From: Ostreococcus lucimarinus
Taxonomy: Eukaryota
Length of the DNA stretch: 64,000 nucleotides
Direction: 5' to 3' (one strand)
NCBI GenBank assembly: GCA_000092065.1
Contig: CP000592.1
Notes under the pieces: generated by a model
The model's input: the letters and a program-made list of their open reading frames with translations, nothing else
Told to the model about the DNA's origin: nothing
Database searches by the model: none
In this document: positions 45,811 to 56,218 of the stretch, one piece after another
Layout: each line of letters begins with the position of its first letter
Numbering within the stretch: position 1 is the first letter of the stretch
Made by a program: the position numbers and the translations under genes

Positions 45811-47164
45811 ATGAAATCGTGTTTTCCCATCGTCATCGCTCGACCCGCGCGTTCGCTCGCGTCGTCGCGGTCGCCGTCGCCGTCGTTCGCTCCGCTCGCG
45901 TCTCGCCTCGCCTCGCGTTCGCGCCACAGCTCGGCGCGCGATCGATCGATCGATCGATACATGTTCCCGACGAGCGTGCGCAAACCATCGCCCGGACCCG
46001 CGCCTGACGCGAGCGAAAGCGACGAGCGCGCGGCGTCTCCCGCGCCGTCGGAACCGAGCGCGCGGACGTCGGACGACGAGCGCGTCGAGCGCGACTACGA
46101 CGAGGGCGCGGCGGAATCGGCGCGAGAAAAGTACCGACTTCAGGGCAAAGCCGGGTGCGATCGCGTCCTCGAAGCGCTGCGACGGGAGAAAGAGAGCGTG
46201 AAAGAGACGCGACAGTACCTGTTCGGACGGTTGTTGAACCTGCAGCTCGAAGAGGCGGTGCTGCGGGATCATCTGAACGCGACGGTGAACGCGGCGAGCG
46301 ATGCCGCGAGGGAGGGAAACGGGGGATCGGGACGTGAAGTGGAAGCGAGGGAAACGCAGAGCGGCGCTGAAACATAAGAGACCCGAACAATTGGTGGAGT
46401 CGCTGATTCGGGAGTTCGGCGTGGTGCGAGGGACGCGCGCGAGGGGGCAGGTTTGGATCGGGGCGACGCGGCGGTTGGGGTATCTGTTGGAGCAGACGTG
46501 TTTGGGGCGAAGAGCGCGCGCGGGGACGGAGATTGGCGTGCCGTTGACGCCGAATGGGGCCGGAAACGAACTCGTGATACGAGTCTGCTGCGAGGATGCG
46601 TATTACATGTGCGCGTTTTTGCGGTGTTTAGTGGTGAGCGAGGACGGGGACGAAGACGCGGCGCGGGAAATTCGGCTCGGGTTAGGGACGCGGGAGATGG
46701 ACTGCGAGACGCTTTGGCGCGTGTTTCGACGCGATTGTGGGCACGCGTTCGCATTGAAGTGCGCGGCGACGGTGCACTTCAGACTCACGGGTTGGTTACC
46801 GCGCAGCGGATTACAATACGGTGCAGATTTCGTGTTATACCAGCGTCACCCGTCGCTCGTGCACAGCGACTCCACCGTGGTGCTGGTGCCCGACGCCGCC
46901 GCGCGTAGGAGCTTTCAAATCGACGACGACGACGCGCCCCATCGCGGCGTCGCGCTCGACAACGGCTGGCCCGACTGGCCCGATTTGCAGGCTACGTCAA
47001 GATTGGCCGTGCAGGTGAGCAAGAAATTCATCGAGGCGCACATCTCGGCGCCGAAAAACGTGAATTGGAACGAGCCGTCGTGCTTACAGCACATTTACGT
47101 CAACGAGATTGAAGTCTCGCGATTCAATACGAAAAAACACTTGGAGAATTACCAAGGAGATTAG
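45811..47164 (+). CDS. SEN2: tRNA-splicing endonuclease catalytic subunit (SEN2-like). Two ORFs in different frames, probably joined by an intron. Preferred model: exons 45811..46257 and 46595..47164.
   Basis: ORF1 carries ...TRQYLFGRLLNLQLEEA (compare Arabidopsis SEN2 ...CCFGRLVV...QLSFEEAFFL). ORF2 carries DAYYMCAFLRCLVV...ETLWRVFRRDCGHAFALKCAATVHFRLTGWLPRSGLQYGADFVLYQRHPSLVHSDSTVVLV, which is collinear with SEN2 (...VDLWRSM...ILYKAYSHLRSKNWIVRSGLQYGVDFVVYRHHPSLVHSEYAVLV). Joining at the GT donor after LEEA (46258) and the AG acceptor 46593..46594 reproduces the LEEA-hydrophobic continuity. The alternative is a 94-nt intron, 46285..46378. Confidence 0.6.
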
Positions 47165-47214
47165 AGAATGTGTACATCAGTTACAAACTTGTTGAATAAA
47201 AGAAAATGATCAAT

Positions 47215-48906
47215 TCATCCATCGACGGTCACCGTTTCGTCGACTTTCGAAAAATTTTTATAAAACGCCGTGAAGTGTTTGAAACAGATATCGATGTCTT
47301 CCGTGCCGCACATCTCGCGCACGGAGTGCATGCTTAGTTGAGGGATACCCACGTCTACGGTGCGGATGCCGACGCCGGCGGCGATGATCGGACCGATTGT
47401 GGAACCACATCCCATGTCGTTGCGCACCACAAAGTCTTGCGTCGGAACGTTTTCCATCTTGGCGCACTCACGAAACAAGTAAGACGTCACCGCTGTCGTC
47501 GCGTATCGCTGGTTGGCGTTGTGCTTCACCACCATGCCCTTGTGCATCTTTGGTTGATGATTATCTTCGTGCTTATCCATATAATTCGGGTGCAACGCGT
47601 GCGCCATGTCGGCGCTGACGAGGAAAGAGTTGCGCACGGTGCGTTCAACGAGACCTTCGCCGCCTTGGTTCGGCGCCGCCTTACTAAGCGCCGACGCCGC
47701 GCGTTTGATGGATTCAAACATCATCGGTGATCCGCCGCCATAAAATGACGAGCTTCCAACCTCCTCGTTGTCGAACAGCGCCACCATTTGCACGCCGGTT
47801 TGCTCGGCGAGCGCCGCCGCGCTCGTGGCTTCGATTAAAGCCCGAACGCCGCAATAGCTCGACGCCAAGTTGTCCAATCGTCCCGAAAAAATAAACTCGC
47901 GCGCCGCGCCACCGATGACGGATGGCTGCGTGTCACAAACATTCAGTTCAAAGTCAGCGATATCGCCTGGTGCGCACCCGAGCTCTTCCGCGAGAACGGC
48001 GAGCAAAAGAGCGTGATGGGCGCCGCCGTCGTTGGCCACCTTTTCCTCGAGTTCGCCTTTTATCGCGGTGGCAAGAATCGGCGCAAAATTCGTCTCCGTG
48101 TTCGGTTTGAACCCATTCGTCGAGATTTCACGATCAAGATGAATCGCGAGCGTGGGAATGCGAATGATCGGTCGATCGATGCGCACCAACTCGTGCGCCA
48201 ACTTTCCGTCTCGTTTGACGAGCACTCGCCCCGCGACGCTCAAATCGCGGTCGAACCACGTGTGCCACAACCCCCCGCCATACGTCTGCACGCCCACTTG
48301 CATGAAACCACCTTTTTTAATTTTTGACACCGGTTTCAACTTCGGGCACGGCGAATCGGTGTGCGCGGCGACAACGTTGAACCCGTTACCCGGTTCGTAC
48401 GCCCCGCCCACGGCGAACGCCACCAACGCGCTTTGGTTTCGCGTCACGTAATACTTTCCATTTCTCTTCAGATCTCCCCACTCTACGCTTTCACTGATCT
48501 TGGAGTATCCTGCAGCTTCTAAAAGCTTCACCGACGCCTCCGTGGCGTGATGCGCCGTCCACGAATCGTTCAAAAAGTCAACCAAATCGTTCGCCACGCT
48601 CGCCGCCGCGCCGCCGTTCACCGTCCCGAACCTTCGAATGTCCCGTCGGTCGTCTCGGCGTCCGCGCGCGTCGCTCTCACGCGCGAGTCGCGCGTTTATG
48701 CGCGGTGCGGCGCCACTGAACGCGCACTCGGGCGCGCGCATCGCGCGCACGCGGCACGAAGTCGCGCTGCGCGTCGAGGTTTGTTGGGCGACTCGCGGCG
48801 ACGCCGACGCGCCGTGCGTCGCCGACGCGCGTCGCGCGCGCGCGTCGACGGCGTATCGGTGCATGACGTATCTCGTGACGCGCGTGGCGATGCGCGCAGG
48901 AGGCAT
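47215..48906 (-). CDS. DNPEP: Aspartyl aminopeptidase (M18 family).
   Basis: Collinear with M18 aspartyl aminopeptidases (…FNVVAAHTDSPCPKLKP…GGGLWHTWFDRDLSVAGRV…GRLDNLASSY…ALFDNEEVGS…TQDFVVRNDMGCGSTIGPI…). The N-terminus has a presequence-like extension. The start is uncertain, with candidates 48906, 48864 and 48741. ATG 49038 abuts the stop of the upstream gene. Confidence 0.8.
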   Translation of the reverse strand: MPPARIATRVTRYVMHRYAVDARARRASATHGASASPRVAQQTSTRSATSCRVRAMRAPECAFSGAAPRINARLARESDARGRRDDRRDIRRFGTVNGGAAASVANDLVDFLNDSWTAHHATEASVKLLEAAGYSKISESVEWGDLKRNGKYYVTRNQSALVAFAVGGAYEPGNGFNVVAAHTDSPCPKLKPVSKIKKGGFMQVGVQTYGGGLWHTWFDRDLSVAGRVLVKRDGKLAHELVRIDRPIIRIPTLAIHLDREISTNGFKPNTETNFAPILATAIKGELEEKVANDGGAHHALLLAVLAEELGCAPGDIADFELNVCDTQPSVIGGAAREFIFSGRLDNLASSYCGVRALIEATSAAALAEQTGVQMVALFDNEEVGSSSFYGGGSPMMFESIKRAASALSKAAPNQGGEGLVERTVRNSFLVSADMAHALHPNYMDKHEDNHQPKMHKGMVVKHNANQRYATTAVTSYLFRECAKMENVPTQDFVVRNDMGCGSTIGPIIAAGVGIRTVDVGIPQLSMHSVREMCGTEDIDICFKHFTAFYKNFSKVDETVTVDG

Positions 48907-49043
48907 CGCGCGCGAGCGGTTCGGTGAGGCGTCGTCCAATGGCGCGACGCGCGGGAGGGTTGGTTGGCGACAGTCGAAGAGACAGAATATCGTCTGTACA
49001 ACGGAAACAAAACTAAGTAAAATACAAGGTGAATGCAAGAAAA

Positions 49044-51932
49044 TTAAGACACGTGTTCTCGAGCCTTGGTGTCGCCGTCGGAGGATAAGAAGATCATGTC
49101 GCCGTCTTTTAACTTTGTGGACGGCGGCACCATGACCATGTTTACGTTGACGCGCGCGTCGGCGTCGGCGGAAGACGCGGCTTCTGCACGAATTTCCGCC
49201 ACGGTTGACCCGCGTCGGACGCTGCGAACTTCGGGTAAATCATCTTTCCAAGTGATGACCATGACGCCGTCGTTGTTGAGATCGACATTGGGAAGTTTGG
49301 CGGACGGGTTCTTCAGCGCAACTTCGGCTTCGAATTTCGCGGCTTCTTCGGTTTGGAAGATGCCTTTGCTCGGCTTGGGAGTGGTGCGCTTTCCAGCCAT
49401 GAGGATATTGAGCGCCGGCGCTTCTTCTTCGCCACGACGCCAGCGCTCTTCGCGGGCGAGCTGAGTTTGTTTCGCGCGGGCGATGCGCTTGCGCTTTTCA
49501 ATCTCTGCGGCGGTGGCGGACCAGTTGCTCAGCAAGGTTTCCTTGTCCTCGCCAGAGGCGTCGTCGCCGTCGATGGATTCGTTCAAAAGCTCTCCCGCGA
49601 CGGTTTGAAGCTGACGAATCCGCATATCGACGTCATCGTCGTCGAGCGACGACAAATCGTCGTCAGAATCATTTGCATCATCCGCGCCCTCGATGACAAT
49701 TTCCGCCGTCACGCGCGTCTTGTGCCCGAGGTTGTCGACGCGATGCCAGCGCTGGTCGACGCAATAGCAAAACTCAGAGATGAAAAATTCGCTCGTGCCT
49801 TGACGGGCGCTGGTCAAACCGGACGCAATGACCTCTTTCATGAGCGCTTCGTGATGTTTATCAGCCATCCAAGCCGCGACGTCACTCCACTCACTACGCA
49901 TCGGTTCGGCGACGAGCATGCGCGAGCCATTGGCGTCGATGACGACGCCACAACTTCGGCGCCCGCTTGACACGAGTTGTACGCCACCGCCGACCGAAGG
50001 AGTTTCGTCCGTGTGTGACGCATCTTGATACGACTTCGAAGCGAACTTGGGCTTCCCTTTGTACATCCATTGGGCAGCGACACCAAACTCAGCGGCGTCG
50101 TGCATCGAACGCGTGCGCACTTGCACCTCGAGAGGTGCGCCGTCGGGTCCACCGATGGCGGTGTGAAGCGACCTATACCCGGTTTTCTTGGCGTTGGTGA
50201 TGTAATCGTCATACTCTCCTTCGATTGGGCGATACATCTTGTGAATCAAGTCGAGAAGCGCGTAGCATGCGTCGATTTCTCGTTCTGTGCCTCGCTCAGA
50301 CGTGCTCGCGTCACCGACGACGATGCGCATCGCGCGCGTGTCGCACACGCGTTCGAATGGTAAATTCTTGCGCTTCATCTTCATGTACGTGCTGTACGCG
50401 CTCTTTAGCCGCGAAGACACCGAGATGTTCAAATCGCTTTGAGTCGTATAGCCATCCATGAGAAGTTCGCTCCACAATCGACCGCGAATCGCGTCCAGAG
50501 TGCTCAGCGACGCGGCGATGCTCCCAGGTAGCGCGGTCAATCCTTCGACTTGCAACGAATCACCCTCGCGAGTAGACAACCAATCGAAAGAAGGTATACT
50601 CTCGATGCGATGCTTCACATCTAACTGCCAAGGCGCATATCGGTCGTCATCGTGTGACCCGCTTCCGTCAAACGAGTCGCTCTCCGTTTCCTCCTTGGCG
50701 CCGAAAAACGACACAGCGTCCAAACCAAAAAACGAACTCGGAGACGATTCCGTTTGCCCCGTCTGCTTTGACTTCGAGCTCGATCGCGCGCGGCCACTCA
50801 TGTCTTTCGCGCGCGGTTTCCAAGCCTTCGATCGCGCCGTCATGATGCCGTCGAAATTCTCCGGGTCGAGCACGGCGAAGCACAAATCCTCGAGCTCTGA
50901 TTTGATGGCCCACATCCCGAGCTTTTCGGCGAGCGAGCACCACACGCGAAGCGTTTCGTTGGCGATGTCCATCGCCTTTTCCTCGCTTGATATCGCGTAT
51001 ATCGTTCGCATGTTGTGCAAACGGTCGGCGATTTTAATCAAAAACACCCGCGGGTCGCGAACGATGAGCAACAAAATCTTGCGCAGCTGAGTCAAATCTT
51101 CCTCGCTCAGCTTCGCCTTGACTTCGACGTCGTCGACGTCTCGTCGTCGGCGACGCATGACTTCGTTCATCTGACCCACGCGTGAGACCTGAATCACCAA
51201 ATTATACACCCGCGTCCCGAACGTCGCCTTGAGCGTCTCATCCGTGCACGCCGTGTCGTCCAACACGTCGTGCAACAAGCACGCGCACACGGCGTCTCGA
51301 CTTCTCGACCCATTCCCGGGTAAATTCGCCGCTAAAATCTTCGCTGACTCCACGCAATGCTTGGCGTACGAGTCCCCATTCTTTCTGCGCTGTCCGCGGT
51401 GCCAAGACGCGGCGAAAGCCAGCGCGCGCTTCACCTCGGGTTCTTGGAAAATCGCGTATCGCGACACGTCGACGCCGTGCAACGTCTTCCCGTCAAAGTC
51501 CCGCGACTCCCCCACCCAAGACGCATCCGCGCTCTCCGCTCGCGCCGACGCCCATCCACCCCTATTACTCGCATCATCGCTCGCATCGCTCCCGAACACT
51601 CGCCCCTTCCACGCGCGCTCCCACATAAACGCCGTCGCCCCCACGCACGCCGAAGTCACGAAACTCGCCAAAAACGCCTCGTTGAATTCCCCGAGCTCCG
51701 TCGCCCGCTGACTCATCCGCACGAAAAAATCCGGCGCCTCGGGCGGTAAAACCCGCGTCCGCGTCTTCTCCGCGCGCCGTCGCGCCCCCCTCTCCCCCCT
51801 TCCGCCCGCGCGCGTCGCGAACGCGCGTCCCGGTCGTCCATCTTTCGTTCGCGCGCGCGCCTTCCCTCGCGCGCGTCGCGCGAGACGGACGCCCGTCTCG
51901 CGTCCCGGTCGTCCCGCGGCGATCGTCGACAT
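49044..51932 (-). CDS. RSH: RelA/SpoT homolog (RSH; (p)ppGpp synthetase/hydrolase) with HD, synthetase and TGS domains. Presumably plastidial.
   Basis: HD hydrolase region (…HDVLDD…IKIADRLHNMRT…), RelA/SpoT synthetase region (…YRSLHTAIGGPDGAPLEVQVRTRSMHDAAEFGVAAQWMYKG…) and C-terminal TGS-like region. Start options are Met 54 (51932, used here), Met 126 (51716) or 52091. Confidence 0.8.
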   Translation of the reverse strand: MSTIAAGRPGRETGVRLARRARGKARARTKDGRPGRAFATRAGGRGERGARRRAEKTRTRVLPPEAPDFFVRMSQRATELGEFNEAFLASFVTSACVGATAFMWERAWKGRVFGSDASDDASNRGGWASARAESADASWVGESRDFDGKTLHGVDVSRYAIFQEPEVKRALAFAASWHRGQRRKNGDSYAKHCVESAKILAANLPGNGSRSRDAVCACLLHDVLDDTACTDETLKATFGTRVYNLVIQVSRVGQMNEVMRRRRRDVDDVEVKAKLSEEDLTQLRKILLLIVRDPRVFLIKIADRLHNMRTIYAISSEEKAMDIANETLRVWCSLAEKLGMWAIKSELEDLCFAVLDPENFDGIMTARSKAWKPRAKDMSGRARSSSKSKQTGQTESSPSSFFGLDAVSFFGAKEETESDSFDGSGSHDDDRYAPWQLDVKHRIESIPSFDWLSTREGDSLQVEGLTALPGSIAASLSTLDAIRGRLWSELLMDGYTTQSDLNISVSSRLKSAYSTYMKMKRKNLPFERVCDTRAMRIVVGDASTSERGTEREIDACYALLDLIHKMYRPIEGEYDDYITNAKKTGYRSLHTAIGGPDGAPLEVQVRTRSMHDAAEFGVAAQWMYKGKPKFASKSYQDASHTDETPSVGGGVQLVSSGRRSCGVVIDANGSRMLVAEPMRSEWSDVAAWMADKHHEALMKEVIASGLTSARQGTSEFFISEFCYCVDQRWHRVDNLGHKTRVTAEIVIEGADDANDSDDDLSSLDDDDVDMRIRQLQTVAGELLNESIDGDDASGEDKETLLSNWSATAAEIEKRKRIARAKQTQLAREERWRRGEEEAPALNILMAGKRTTPKPSKGIFQTEEAAKFEAEVALKNPSAKLPNVDLNNDGVMVITWKDDLPEVRSVRRGSTVAEIRAEAASSADADARVNVNMVMVPPSTKLKDGDMIFLSSDGDTKAREHVS

Positions 51933-52271
51933 CGACGGGTTCCCTCGCGTCGCGATCTCGACGCCGCGGCACATTCGCGCGCGAGTGTGCGCGCGAATGC
52001 GCGCGCGAATCCGACGCGGCGTCGTCGCGGTCGGTTCGCGGTCGGTTCGAACGCGCTGTGCAAATTGACGTCTCACTGTTTGCGCACACACCGACCGACC
52101 GTGAGGTCACACGCGGGTGTCCATCGCGAGGCGCGTCTTTCGCGCGGGAGACCTGAGACTCGATGCCGGTGCGTGGCCCCTAAATACGACGTCATCGCGC
52201 GATAAAAAAAGCGTCAACCCTAACGGTCGGTCGGCCGTTGCGATCGATTCGCCGTCGCGCGCCGTCGAACG

Positions 52272-53750
52272 ATGACGCGCGACGACCACGCCGACGTGCA
52301 CGCGGTCGCGAGGGCGCTCGCGAGGGCGCCGAAACGCGCGACGCGGCGCACGGCGAAGGCGCTGCGCGCGCTCGTCTCGCGGCGCGGCGCGCTGACGTTC
52401 ACGGACGTCGAGGACGACCCGGCGCGGTTCTTCGCCGCGCACCGCGCGCTGGCGACGCACGCGACGACGCTGGGACCGGGATTTTGGATACGGTTCACGG
52501 TGCAGTATAACTTGTTCGCGGGGACGTGCGCGGCGCTGGGGACGGAGGCGCAGCGCGCGCGGTTGGAGACGCTGCGACGGCGCGGGACGCTGGGGTGCTT
52601 TTGTTTGACGGAACGGCTCGCGGGGGTGAACAGTGGGTTGGTGGTGCACACGCGCGCGGATTGGGACGGGAAGACGGGAGGGTACGTGATCAACAGCGGG
52701 GAAGGGGACGGCGGGACGAAGAATTGGATTTCGCAAGGGTTGACGGCGGACGCGGCGGTCGTCGTCGCGAATTTGTTCGTGAAGGGTCGATCTTTCGGAC
52801 CGCACGGGTTTTTGGTGACGATGCGCGAGGGGGCGTTCGGGCGTCTGGCGCGAGGGATCACCGTCGGCGATATGGGTTTGAAAACGACTGGTAACGATCT
52901 CGACAACGCCTGGGTGCGATTCGACGACTTTCGCGCGCCCGCGGAGTCGTTACTGGCTAAATATGGGGACGTCGACGCGAGTACCGGTGAGTACGTGGCG
53001 AAAAAAGAAGGGATTCGCACGATGGACATGATCGGTCAGCGTTTGTTCACCGGGCGCGTGGCTGTGGCGCAGGCGGCGTTGACGTTTGTGCGCAGACTCT
53101 TCGACGACACGAAGCGGTACTCGGACCAGAAGCCCTGCACTATGCGCGGTGATTCGCCGGCGTTGACGGACGTACCTCAACTGCGCGCGCTTTACGATGA
53201 AGGCTACGCGACGATCGATCGTTTGGATGCGTACGTGAAGCAGTGCGAAAATGAATTGTGCCAGTGCTTGCGGCGACGCGAAATCCCAGACGCGGTTCTA
53301 GTCCAAGCCATCGCCGTGGCGAAGATAAAAGCCGTGGAGGGCGCGATCGATCTCGCGTTTCGCCTGAAGCAAGAAGTCGGGTCGTATGCCTTGATGTCTG
53401 GCACAGGATTCGACAACACGGACTTTCTGCAGTGCTGCAAATTTGCCGAAGGAGATAGCCGTATTTTGTCGCAAAAGCTCGCGCGCGACTGCTTCGGCGC
53501 ATTTCAACGCAACGATCAACGCAGCGCGGTCGGGGTAAAGTCGGAGATCGAGCTTGATTTATGCCAGCGAATCGATGAACACATGCGAGACGCGCGCGAA
53601 GCAAATGCAAACGTGAGTAAGATCGAAGCGTGGGATTCGGCGTGGCGCGAGGTGTATCGTCTCGCCGAAGTCATTTGCGAGCGCGTGATGCATGAAAAGA
53701 GTTTCGCCGCCGCTGCCGCGGCGGGATCGGTCACGCGTTCGAAACTGTAG
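52272..53750 (+). CDS. Acyl-CoA oxidase / acyl-CoA dehydrogenase family protein.
   Basis: ACAD/ACOX fold motifs: CFCLTERLAGVNSG, a middle beta-domain, and the C-terminal ALMSGTGFDNTDFLQCCKFAEGDSRILSQKLARD (compare ACOX ...GENTVMMLQTARFL). Confidence 0.7.
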   Translation: MTRDDHADVHAVARALARAPKRATRRTAKALRALVSRRGALTFTDVEDDPARFFAAHRALATHATTLGPGFWIRFTVQYNLFAGTCAALGTEAQRARLETLRRRGTLGCFCLTERLAGVNSGLVVHTRADWDGKTGGYVINSGEGDGGTKNWISQGLTADAAVVVANLFVKGRSFGPHGFLVTMREGAFGRLARGITVGDMGLKTTGNDLDNAWVRFDDFRAPAESLLAKYGDVDASTGEYVAKKEGIRTMDMIGQRLFTGRVAVAQAALTFVRRLFDDTKRYSDQKPCTMRGDSPALTDVPQLRALYDEGYATIDRLDAYVKQCENELCQCLRRREIPDAVLVQAIAVAKIKAVEGAIDLAFRLKQEVGSYALMSGTGFDNTDFLQCCKFAEGDSRILSQKLARDCFGAFQRNDQRSAVGVKSEIELDLCQRIDEHMRDAREANANVSKIEAWDSAWREVYRLAEVICERVMHEKSFAAAAAAGSVTRSKL

Positions 53751-53852
53751 CGTTGGTGCGGCTGATGACTGTAAATATTACTTTAGAACTACTTTGCGAC
53801 TGATTTACAACGCGTCTACGATTGAGTGAAAAGATTGGCGAAACGTCGACGT

Positions 53853-55220
53853 TTAACGTCGCGAGCGACCGTCGTCCCGTCCTCGTTCTCGGTCTCGCGA
53901 TCGGTCACGCTTGCGATCGCGGTCTCGCGATCGCGATCGATCTCGCTTGCGATCGCGGTCTCGTGATCGCGACCGGTCTCGCTTGCGGTCGCGACGCTCG
54001 TCTTTGTCTCTGTGCGAATATTTGCGGTCGCGATGCTTGTCGTCGCGCTTGCCCGCGCTCTTATTGTCTTGCACCATGGCGTAACGCGCATTGCCACCGC
54101 TGATATGACCCATGGCGTTAGATTTGATCTCAAACGTTCGCCCAGCGCCCTGAAACGTGCGCTTCATGCCTCGACTGGATTTACCATCCGCCTCGTCAAA
54201 GTCCTCCTCCGTCCCACCGTTTTTCCCGAAACGCTTGAAATTCTTCCAAAGATGATGCATCGATTGCGAAAAGTCGACGTGAATGCGTCTGTCGTCGATC
54301 AAAACATTATCCATCTTGAAGTACGCCTGCTCGGCCTCGTGTTTGTGCTCAAAGTTAACGAAGGCGTACCCAAGACTCGCTCCCGTCTTGAAGTCGCGAA
54401 TGACGTCGCACGACAATACCTTACCAAATCGACTGAAAATGATTTCTAAATCCTCATCCGTAGTCACTGGGTTCAATTTGCACACAAAGAGCGATTCTTC
54501 CGGCGGTTTTGCGTCCGCATCGGGCAAGTCTCCTATGAGTTCAAGGACGACGGCTCGATTGTGCGCCTCGCGCCCACGCTTCTCCTCTTCAATCTGTGCC
54601 TCATCCTTATTCATCTCCGCGTTGACATCGAAATCATCCTCTAACCTATCATCATCGGGGTCCTCTTTTCTAGGCGGCGACGCGTCCGGGACGAGTTCGG
54701 CGAACCCCGGGGGATCGTCGAACGGGTCGTCCAGCACGACGCAGTGCTTTATGCGAATATTCTGCCACGGTCGTCCACTTTCATCGCAATACGCCTCATT
54801 AATCGCCCTCAACACGTCCATCCCCTCTGAAACCTCCCCAAATATCGTTCGCGTCCCATCCAACGCGTCTACCGCGCCCGCGCGCGTCGTGATGATGAAC
54901 TGCGACGCGTTCGCGTTCTCCGCCGCCGGCGCCATGCTCACCGTTCCAAACTTTTCATGCTTCCGCGTCGCGTGTATCTCATCCTCGAAGAACCGCGCTT
55001 GCTCGCCGTACAGAAACTTAAACACCGAGTCTCCACCGCGCCCGGTGTTCGTGGGATCGCCCGTCTGCGCCATGAAATCCTTTTGAATGTCGAAAAACTT
55101 GCAGTGGTTGTAATACTTCATCTTGCACAGCTTGACGAAATTCAGGCACGTCTTCGGGGCGTCGTCGACGAACAGGTCGATGACGATGTCCCCTTTCGAG
55201 GTCTCGAGCAGGACCGCCAT
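53853..55220 (-). CDS. PPIL4: Peptidyl-prolyl isomerase-like 4 (cyclophilin domain plus RRM) with an RD/RS-rich C-terminal tail.
   Basis: [66 protein letters not shown]... is collinear with PPIL4. RRM: [49 protein letters not shown]-terminal [10 protein letters not shown] repeats. The start is at Met 60 of ORF 53853..55397. Confidence 0.9.
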   Translation of the reverse strand: MAVLLETSKGDIVIDLFVDDAPKTCLNFVKLCKMKYYNHCKFFDIQKDFMAQTGDPTNTGRGGDSVFKFLYGEQARFFEDEIHATRKHEKFGTVSMAPAAENANASQFIITTRAGAVDALDGTRTIFGEVSEGMDVLRAINEAYCDESGRPWQNIRIKHCVVLDDPFDDPPGFAELVPDASPPRKEDPDDDRLEDDFDVNAEMNKDEAQIEEEKRGREAHNRAVVLELIGDLPDADAKPPEESLFVCKLNPVTTDEDLEIIFSRFGKVLSCDVIRDFKTGASLGYAFVNFEHKHEAEQAYFKMDNVLIDDRRIHVDFSQSMHHLWKNFKRFGKNGGTEEDFDEADGKSSRGMKRTFQGAGRTFEIKSNAMGHISGGNARYAMVQDNKSAGKRDDKHRDRKYSHRDKDERRDRKRDRSRSRDRDRKRDRSRSRDRDRKRDRSRDRERGRDDGRSRR

Positions 55221-55420
55221 GGGCGCCGCGCGCGCGTCGCTCTGTGCGATTTCAGCGTTAACCTCGATGGAGTCGTCACAGTTCGACGCGTTCGCGCGCG
55301 CCTCGAAAGCCTCGCGCGCGCGTTCGCGAGCGCGTATCGTAAGAAACCGTCGCACTTCGCGACTCGGGACGCGAGACCGTCGACGCGCGCGACGCACGCG
55401 GAGGAAACCGATCGATCGCG

Positions 55421-56041
55421 ATGGCGGAAGGATTACCGCGCGAGGAGGTCGAGCGCATGCTCTTCTTCGAGGACGCGCGAGCGCGCGCCGAGGCCGAGCA
55501 CAGACAAAACCCGCACGACGCGCAAGTGCTCACGCGATGGGGCGGCGCGCTGCTGGAGCTGGCGCACTTTCGACAGGGCCCAGAGGCCGTGGACATGATC
55601 GAGGAGGCGGTGGAAAAGTTTGAGAGCGCGTTGGAGATCAACCCGAAGAAACACGACGCGCTGTGGTGCCTGGGAAACGCGCTGACGAGTCAAGGATTCC
55701 TGTTCCCGGAAGCGCGCGAGGCGATGAAGTACTTTGAAGAAGCGAAGTCGTGCTTCCGACGGGCGCTGGAGGAGGAGCCGAATAACGAGATTTATCGCAA
55801 GGCGCTGGAGATGACGGATAAAGCGCCAGGTTTGCACGCAGAGTTGCAGCGACAGCTCGCGGAACAAGCGGCGCATCAGCAGGCGTACGGCGGTGGGATG
55901 GGCGGCGGCGGTGGGATGGGCGCCGGGGCGAATAAGGCGGACGACGAGCACGACTTTTATTGGGACGTCCTCGGGTGGTGCACGTTCGGTTTGATCGCCA
56001 CGTCTTGGCTCGTCATGGCGCAGATGCAAACCGCGCAGTGA
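55421..56041 (+). CDS. TOM20: Plant-type mitochondrial import receptor TOM20 (C-terminally anchored, TPR-like).
   Basis: …[45 protein letters not shown]…[21 protein letters not shown]… matches plant TOM20 (…LIMFEHARKNSEAQYKNDP…[14 protein letters not shown]…INPGKHQALWCIGNAYT…). It has a Gly-rich linker and a C-terminal [24 protein letters not shown]. Confidence 0.8.
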   Translation: MAEGLPREEVERMLFFEDARARAEAEHRQNPHDAQVLTRWGGALLELAHFRQGPEAVDMIEEAVEKFESALEINPKKHDALWCLGNALTSQGFLFPEAREAMKYFEEAKSCFRRALEEEPNNEIYRKALEMTDKAPGLHAELQRQLAEQAAHQQAYGGGMGGGGGMGAGANKADDEHDFYWDVLGWCTFGLIATSWLVMAQMQTAQ

Positions 56042-56218
56042 TGCGTTCGTGGAAAACTAATCGTTCGCTAAACGCTCGTAGCGCTTGAAATTAGACGTTT
56101 CACCTTTTCAACCTCGCGTTTTCAAACTCGCTCGGGACAGCCGAGCGGGACGACAGCCGCATTCTCGCGCATGCTCCTCGGCGTCGGCGCGCGATTTCAA
56201 ATCGTCTTACAACGCACG

